Shown piece by piece: positions 45,691 through 49,610 of a stretch of 49,610 nucleotides of DNA. The stretch is taken from assembly GCA_030645295.1 (NCBI GenBank), contig JAUSMG010000233.1, forward strand, positions 1 through 49,610, written 5' to 3'. Below the pieces are notes generated by a model. It was not told the DNA's origin. It made no database searches and saw only the letters and a program-made list of their open reading frames with translations. Source of the stretch: Saprospiraceae bacterium. Its GTDB lineage: Bacteria; Bacteroidota; Bacteroidia; Chitinophagales; Saprospiraceae. Every line of letters starts with the position of its first letter. Positions within the stretch are counted from its first letter, which is position 1. Both the position numbers and the translations under genes were made by a program.

Positions 45691-48600
45691 CTTCATAAAC
45701 ATAAGGCTCAAAACCCGCCCGTTTGCTGCGCTGATCTTCAGACAGTACATCCCTTCGGGCAAATGCTGAATATCGATTTCACCCGAAAATTCAGACGGCT
45801 GAATCTGCTGCACCAGGCCACCGCGCAGATCCACAATACAGCCTGCGATCACGTCCAGGTCAATGATCTCCAGGTTTACAGCGGACTGTGCCGGATTGGG
45901 CCAAAGCCGGACAGAACCGACCAGACCAGGCTCATTGGTACCCACGGAATTGGTGATCACCAGTCCCGGAATCTCAAGGGTGCAACCGTTGATGTCTGTA
46001 ACAATGAGCGAGTAAGACCCTGCCGTCAATCCGCTCAGATCTTCGGTATTGGCGAAAGGCTGACCATCTTTGCTCCAGGCGTAATCAAAGCCTCCACTGC
46101 CGGCAACGGAGATTGAAATCGAACCGAGACCTTGCCCGTTCACATCATTGGAAATGTTTTCAACCTGTACAGCCGGCAATGCATTGACGATAACAGAAAA
46201 GGAACAGGTGGATGCATTCCCGGAAAAGTCAGCAGCCTGATATACAATGACCGTGGCGCCTTCTCCAAATATGGAGCCGCTCGGCGGACCACTGATGACA
46301 ACCGGCGTTCCAACGAGACCACAATTGTCCGAAGTAGTGGGTAGCCCATAACTCACGTTGTTTGTGCCACAAATCTCCTTGTTATCAGGGCAAACCATCG
46401 TTGGCCCTTCGTTGTCCGTAGAGATAATGCTGAATGAAGCAGTGGTAGAGCAGTCGTTCGCATCGGTTACTGAAACCGTGTAGGATCCAACACCCAAAAC
46501 TCCCGTGTTGCCGGACCAGGTTACGAAATATGGCGCAGTGCCACCCGTTATATCAATACTCGCCTGTCCGGTCATGTCATGTGGGCAAAGCACATTTTGA
46601 ACATCAAAAACCGTAGCCACCAAAAGCGCAGGCTGCGTGATACCAACAGACTGAGATACAGCACACCCTGCTGCATCCGTAGCAGAAACGGTGTACGTTC
46701 CTGCGCTGAGATTGGTCGCAGTTTGTGTGCTTGCGCCGTTGCTCCAGAGATAGGTATAAGGCATTAACCCGCCATTGAGCGCTACAGTGGCCTGTCCTTC
46801 TGCCCCGCCAAAACAAAGGACATTCGCAGCAGAAATGCTGGCCGAAAGGGCACAGTTGAATGCTGCAACATTCACCGTTTGGACGCTTGTGCAGCCATTG
46901 GCATCTGTGACCACCACGGTGTAGGTGCCGGGCGCTAATCCGATGATCGATTGCGTAGTTGCATTGTTACTCCAGACATAACTGTAGTTGGGCGTTCCAC
47001 CGGTTGGGTTGGCGGAAGCAGTGCCGTCATTCGCACCGTTAGCAGTCACGCCCGTGGCCGAAGCATTGACCGATAGTACGGGAGGCGCTCCGATGCTGAC
47101 GCTCAGAACAGCAGGGCAGTTGTTGCCATCTACTACGCTGACGGTGTAGTTTGCAGGGGATAAGCCACTGACATTCTGCGTAGTAGCTCCATTTGACCAG
47201 ATATAAGTTACAGGATCTGATGCACCTGTGAGGGTGACCGAAGCGGCGCCATCATTTGCCCCGTTGCAGCTGGCATCGGTGAAAGAAGCAGAAGCCTGAA
47301 GGCTGCAACCAAAGGCATTGACCGTGACGGTTTGCATGGCGGTGCAGCCATTTGCGTCCAATACGCTGACCGTATAACTGCCCGGTGTAAGATCTGATAG
47401 GGTTTGGGGCGTACCGCCGTTGCTCCAGGTATAATTGTACCCGGCCGTGCCCCCTGTTGGATTGGCCGTGGATGTACCATTGTTGGTGCCCAGAGCCGTT
47501 TCACCCGTTGCTGAGGCATTCGCTAGGAGCACCCCTGGCTGTGAAATCGCAATGGAAATAGAAGCTGTACAGTTTTCTCCATCGGTCACGGTTGCGATGT
47601 AGGTGCCTACAGATAAGCCCGTTGCCGAGGTGGTTGTCGCCCCGTTACTCCACAGATAGCCGAAAACCCCATTTCCGCCACCCCCGGATGCCGTGGCAGA
47701 TCCGTTGCTGCCGCCATTGCAACTGACATTGCCAGAAGCGACAATGCTTGCCGTCACAGTTGGGGATTGGTTTACCACCACACTGTCCAGAGCAGTGCAA
47801 CCATTGTCCGTATTGGTAACTTTCAAAAAATACTTGCCGGTACTGTCCACCACGGGCGTGAGTGTTGTATCGCCCGAAATGATGTGCCCACCTTCTTTGG
47901 CCGTCCAGAGGTAGTCAAAAACAGGGCCTTGCGACGACGGTGTTCCGTTGAGTTGGATGCTGGAATTGTTGCAGTTCAGGTTTCCGGGAGCGACGATGCT
48001 GTCGAAAGGCGCCACAGTGTTTTGCAACACGGTAACCAACGCGGTAGAGCTGCAGCCATTGATATTTCCCGTAACGATTAACGTGTAAATTCCTGCGGTA
48101 TCCGTGTCAGGATTCTGAAGGTTTGAACTAAAATTCTGGCCTGTCCACAAATAGCTCACATTGGGTGCGAGGGGAGAATTTCCGAGAAGTTGTACCGTGT
48201 CGTTCACACAATTGATCTGCCCATCTGCAGACGCCGATGCACCTGGCGGGGCGATATTCTGCACAACCGTTATCGTATCAAAACCCTGACAACCATTGGC
48301 CGTGTTGGTTACCATTCCAATATAATCACCTGGTATTGAAACATTTGGATTGGCGATATCGGAAGAAAAACCATTGGGGCCGGTCCACCCAAAAGCAGGG
48401 TTGGAGGCATCTGTGCTCAGATTCAATTGAATGGAGCTTACCGTGCAGGTCAATTGACCCGACACCGAAGCTATGGCCGTGGGCGGCGTATTGTTTCCGG
48501 TAACCTCTGCGGTTGCGGTTTTGGTACAACCATTGGCGGGGTCCGTTACTGTCACGGTATAGGTTCCTGGCAGATTCACCACAGGATTTTCCTGGAACTG

Positions 48601-49610
48601 ATTGGCCGGGGTAATGCCCGGCCCTGTCCATTGGTAGGTTACATTTGGCGTCATGGAATTCCCGTCAAGGGTCACACTGGAACTGGTACAAGTAATGGAG
48701 CCCCCAGTTGCTGAGGCATTGGGCAAGGCCGTATTGCAGGTCACCGTTGTAGCAGAGGAGGCAGTACAACCATTGGAAGTATTGGTAACCGTTAGGGTAT
48801 AGGTGCCACAATTATTCACCGTGGGGGTAAGGGTGTTTTGCCCTGAAACAATATTACCACCACTGGTTGCGATCCAATTGTAGGTAAAGTTTGCCCCGGT
48901 TGAGGAGCCCGTTCCATTGAGTTGAGTTTGGGTAACCACGCATGTAAGTACGCCACTCGGTCCGGCAATGGCGGTGGGCGGAGTAGTATTGCCCGTTACG
49001 TTCACCGTAGCGGCCTTTGTGCAGCCATTGGCATCCGTAGTGGTAACGGAATACGTTCCTGTTTGATCAAAAGTGGCTACGTTGGTCGTCTGCCCGTCCG
49101 ACCAAAGGAAGGAGTAGCCTGGCGTACCACCTCCGGCTGTTGCCGTGGCCGTTGCACTGGTAATGCAAGTGACAGTGCCGGAGACATTGGTACTCAGCGT
49201 GAGTACAGGAGGATGGGTAAGTGTAGTAGAAGCCGTAGCCGTGCCACTGCCACCGGATGCTGTTACGGTTACGGTGTAGGTGCCTGCTGTGAGATTGATG
49301 GCTGTTTGAGTGGTCTGGCCGCCCGTCCAGAGGTAGGTATATGGGGGGGTGCCACCAGCGGGTTCTACCGTGGCACTGCCATTGTTGCCCCCGTTGCAGG
49401 TAGGATTGACGGTGCTGCTGATGGTGGCGGTGACCGGTGGTGGTCCCGCGAAACCAAAAGAAAGATTGTCCCAAACCGGGTTGTCGCCACTATTACCACC
49501 GTTCCCATTGACCAAATTGACGATGTAGTAGACCTTAACCGTATTGCCCGGAACGCTGTTTGGCGCTTTCCATTGAAAATCCCAGGAGACCATGCCGCCG
49601 GAAATGGCTT
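45685..49610 (-). CDS. Giant secreted SprB-repeat / HYR-domain adhesin-like protein with a T9SS type A C-terminal sorting domain (N-terminus outside the window)
   Basis: The frame stays open to the window edge (..AISGGMVSW..). There are many about 75-aa repeats of the form CNGG.NGSAT....GGT.PYTY.WS.G.TT....L..G.Y.V.VTD.NGC. An HYR-like segment reads EGPTMVCPDN...SDNCG...FSVIV. The C-terminus is VRLWPNPAQSAVNLE...LPEGMYCLKI. Confidence 0.88.
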   Translation of the reverse strand, partial: AISGGMVSWDFQWKAPNSVPGNTVKVYYIVNLVNGNGGNSGDNPVWDNLSFGFAGPPPVTATISSTVNPTCNGGNNGSATVEPAGGTPPYTYLWTGGQTTQTAINLTAGTYTVTVTASGGSGTATASTTLTHPPVLTLSTNVSGTVTCITSATATATAGGGTPGYSFLWSDGQTTNVATFDQTGTYSVTTTDANGCTKAATVNVTGNTTPPTAIAGPSGVLTCVVTQTQLNGTGSSTGANFTYNWIATSGGNIVSGQNTLTPTVNNCGTYTLTVTNTSNGCTASSATTVTCNTALPNASATGGSITCTSSSVTLDGNSMTPNVTYQWTGPGITPANQFQENPVVNLPGTYTVTVTDPANGCTKTATAEVTGNNTPPTAIASVSGQLTCTVSSIQLNLSTDASNPAFGWTGPNGFSSDIANPNVSIPGDYIGMVTNTANGCQGFDTITVVQNIAPPGASASADGQINCVNDTVQLLGNSPLAPNVSYLWTGQNFSSNLQNPDTDTAGIYTLIVTGNINGCSSTALVTVLQNTVAPFDSIVAPGNLNCNNSSIQLNGTPSSQGPVFDYLWTAKEGGHIISGDTTLTPVVDSTGKYFLKVTNTDNGCTALDSVVVNQSPTVTASIVASGNVSCNGGSNGSATASGGGGNGVFGYLWSNGATTTSATGLSVGTYIATVTDGENCTASISIAISQPGVLLANASATGETALGTNNGTSTANPTGGTAGYNYTWSNGGTPQTLSDLTPGSYTVSVLDANGCTAMQTVTVNAFGCSLQASASFTDASCNGANDGAASVTLTGASDPVTYIWSNGATTQNVSGLSPANYTVSVVDGNNCPAVLSVSIGAPPVLSVNASATGVTANGANDGTASANPTGGTPNYSYVWSNNATTQSIIGLAPGTYTVVVTDANGCTSVQTVNVAAFNCALSASISAANVLCFGGAEGQATVALNGGLMPYTYLWSNGASTQTATNLSAGTYTVSATDAAGCAVSQSVGITQPALLVATVFDVQNVLCPHDMTGQASIDITGGTAPYFVTWSGNTGVLGVGSYTVSVTDANDCSTTASFSIISTDNEGPTMVCPDNKEICGTNNVSYGLPTTSDNCGLVGTPVVISGPPSGSIFGEGATVIVYQAADFSGNASTCSFSVIVNALPAVQVENISNDVNGQGLGSISISVAGSGGFDYAWSKDGQPFANTEDLSGLTAGSYSLIVTDINGCTLEIPGLVITNSVGTNEPGLVGSVRLWPNPAQSAVNLEIIDLDVIAGCIVDLRGGLVQQIQPSEFSGEIDIQHLPEGMYCLKISAANGRVLSLMFMKG

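Overview
Chromosomal segment of a Bacteroidota-type genome. Supporting signs are T9SS type A and type B C-terminal sorting domains on giant secreted proteins and recurring TAnnTTTG -7 promoter boxes. All calls below come from reading the sequence and ORF track; no database search was run. The window opens inside the last ~42 nt of a 5S rRNA gene. It then runs through mostly housekeeping genes: upp, a LolD-like ABC ATPase, alkaline phosphatase, rpsO-pnp, rlmD, a PlsC-like acyltransferase, a PadR-PspC pair, mnmE, rlmF, asd and rplY. These are bracketed by two giant adhesin-like T9SS cargo proteins, one complete at 2271 aa and one over 1300 aa cut by the window end. No transposase, integrase, CRISPR array or tRNA was seen. 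The best candidate for a novel system is a small insertion between the pspC terminator and mnmE (21.9-23.9 kb). It carries a 72-aa ORF, an orphan DUF433 antitoxin-like gene, and a 447-aa protein that looks like a catalytically degenerate SIR2-like domain fused to a C-terminal TIR domain. That architecture would fit a single-polypeptide NAD-targeting defence effector. Other accessory items are: an ORF6N gene bracketed by a 69-bp direct repeat copied from inside rlmF; two convergent orphan AAA ATPases (DUF234-type and DUF4143-type); and a frameshifted T9SS cargo pseudogene. The most pervasive unexplained structure is a family of intergenic low-complexity 'word' palindromes, each a tandem array of a 6-9 nt word, a loop, then the reverse-complement word array. 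These sit after or before many genes, occupy the rpsO and pnp leaders, supply the first or last codons of several CDSs, and are inserted in frame into mnmE and an FAD oxidoreductase. A second class of nested REP/MITE-like palindromes is also present.
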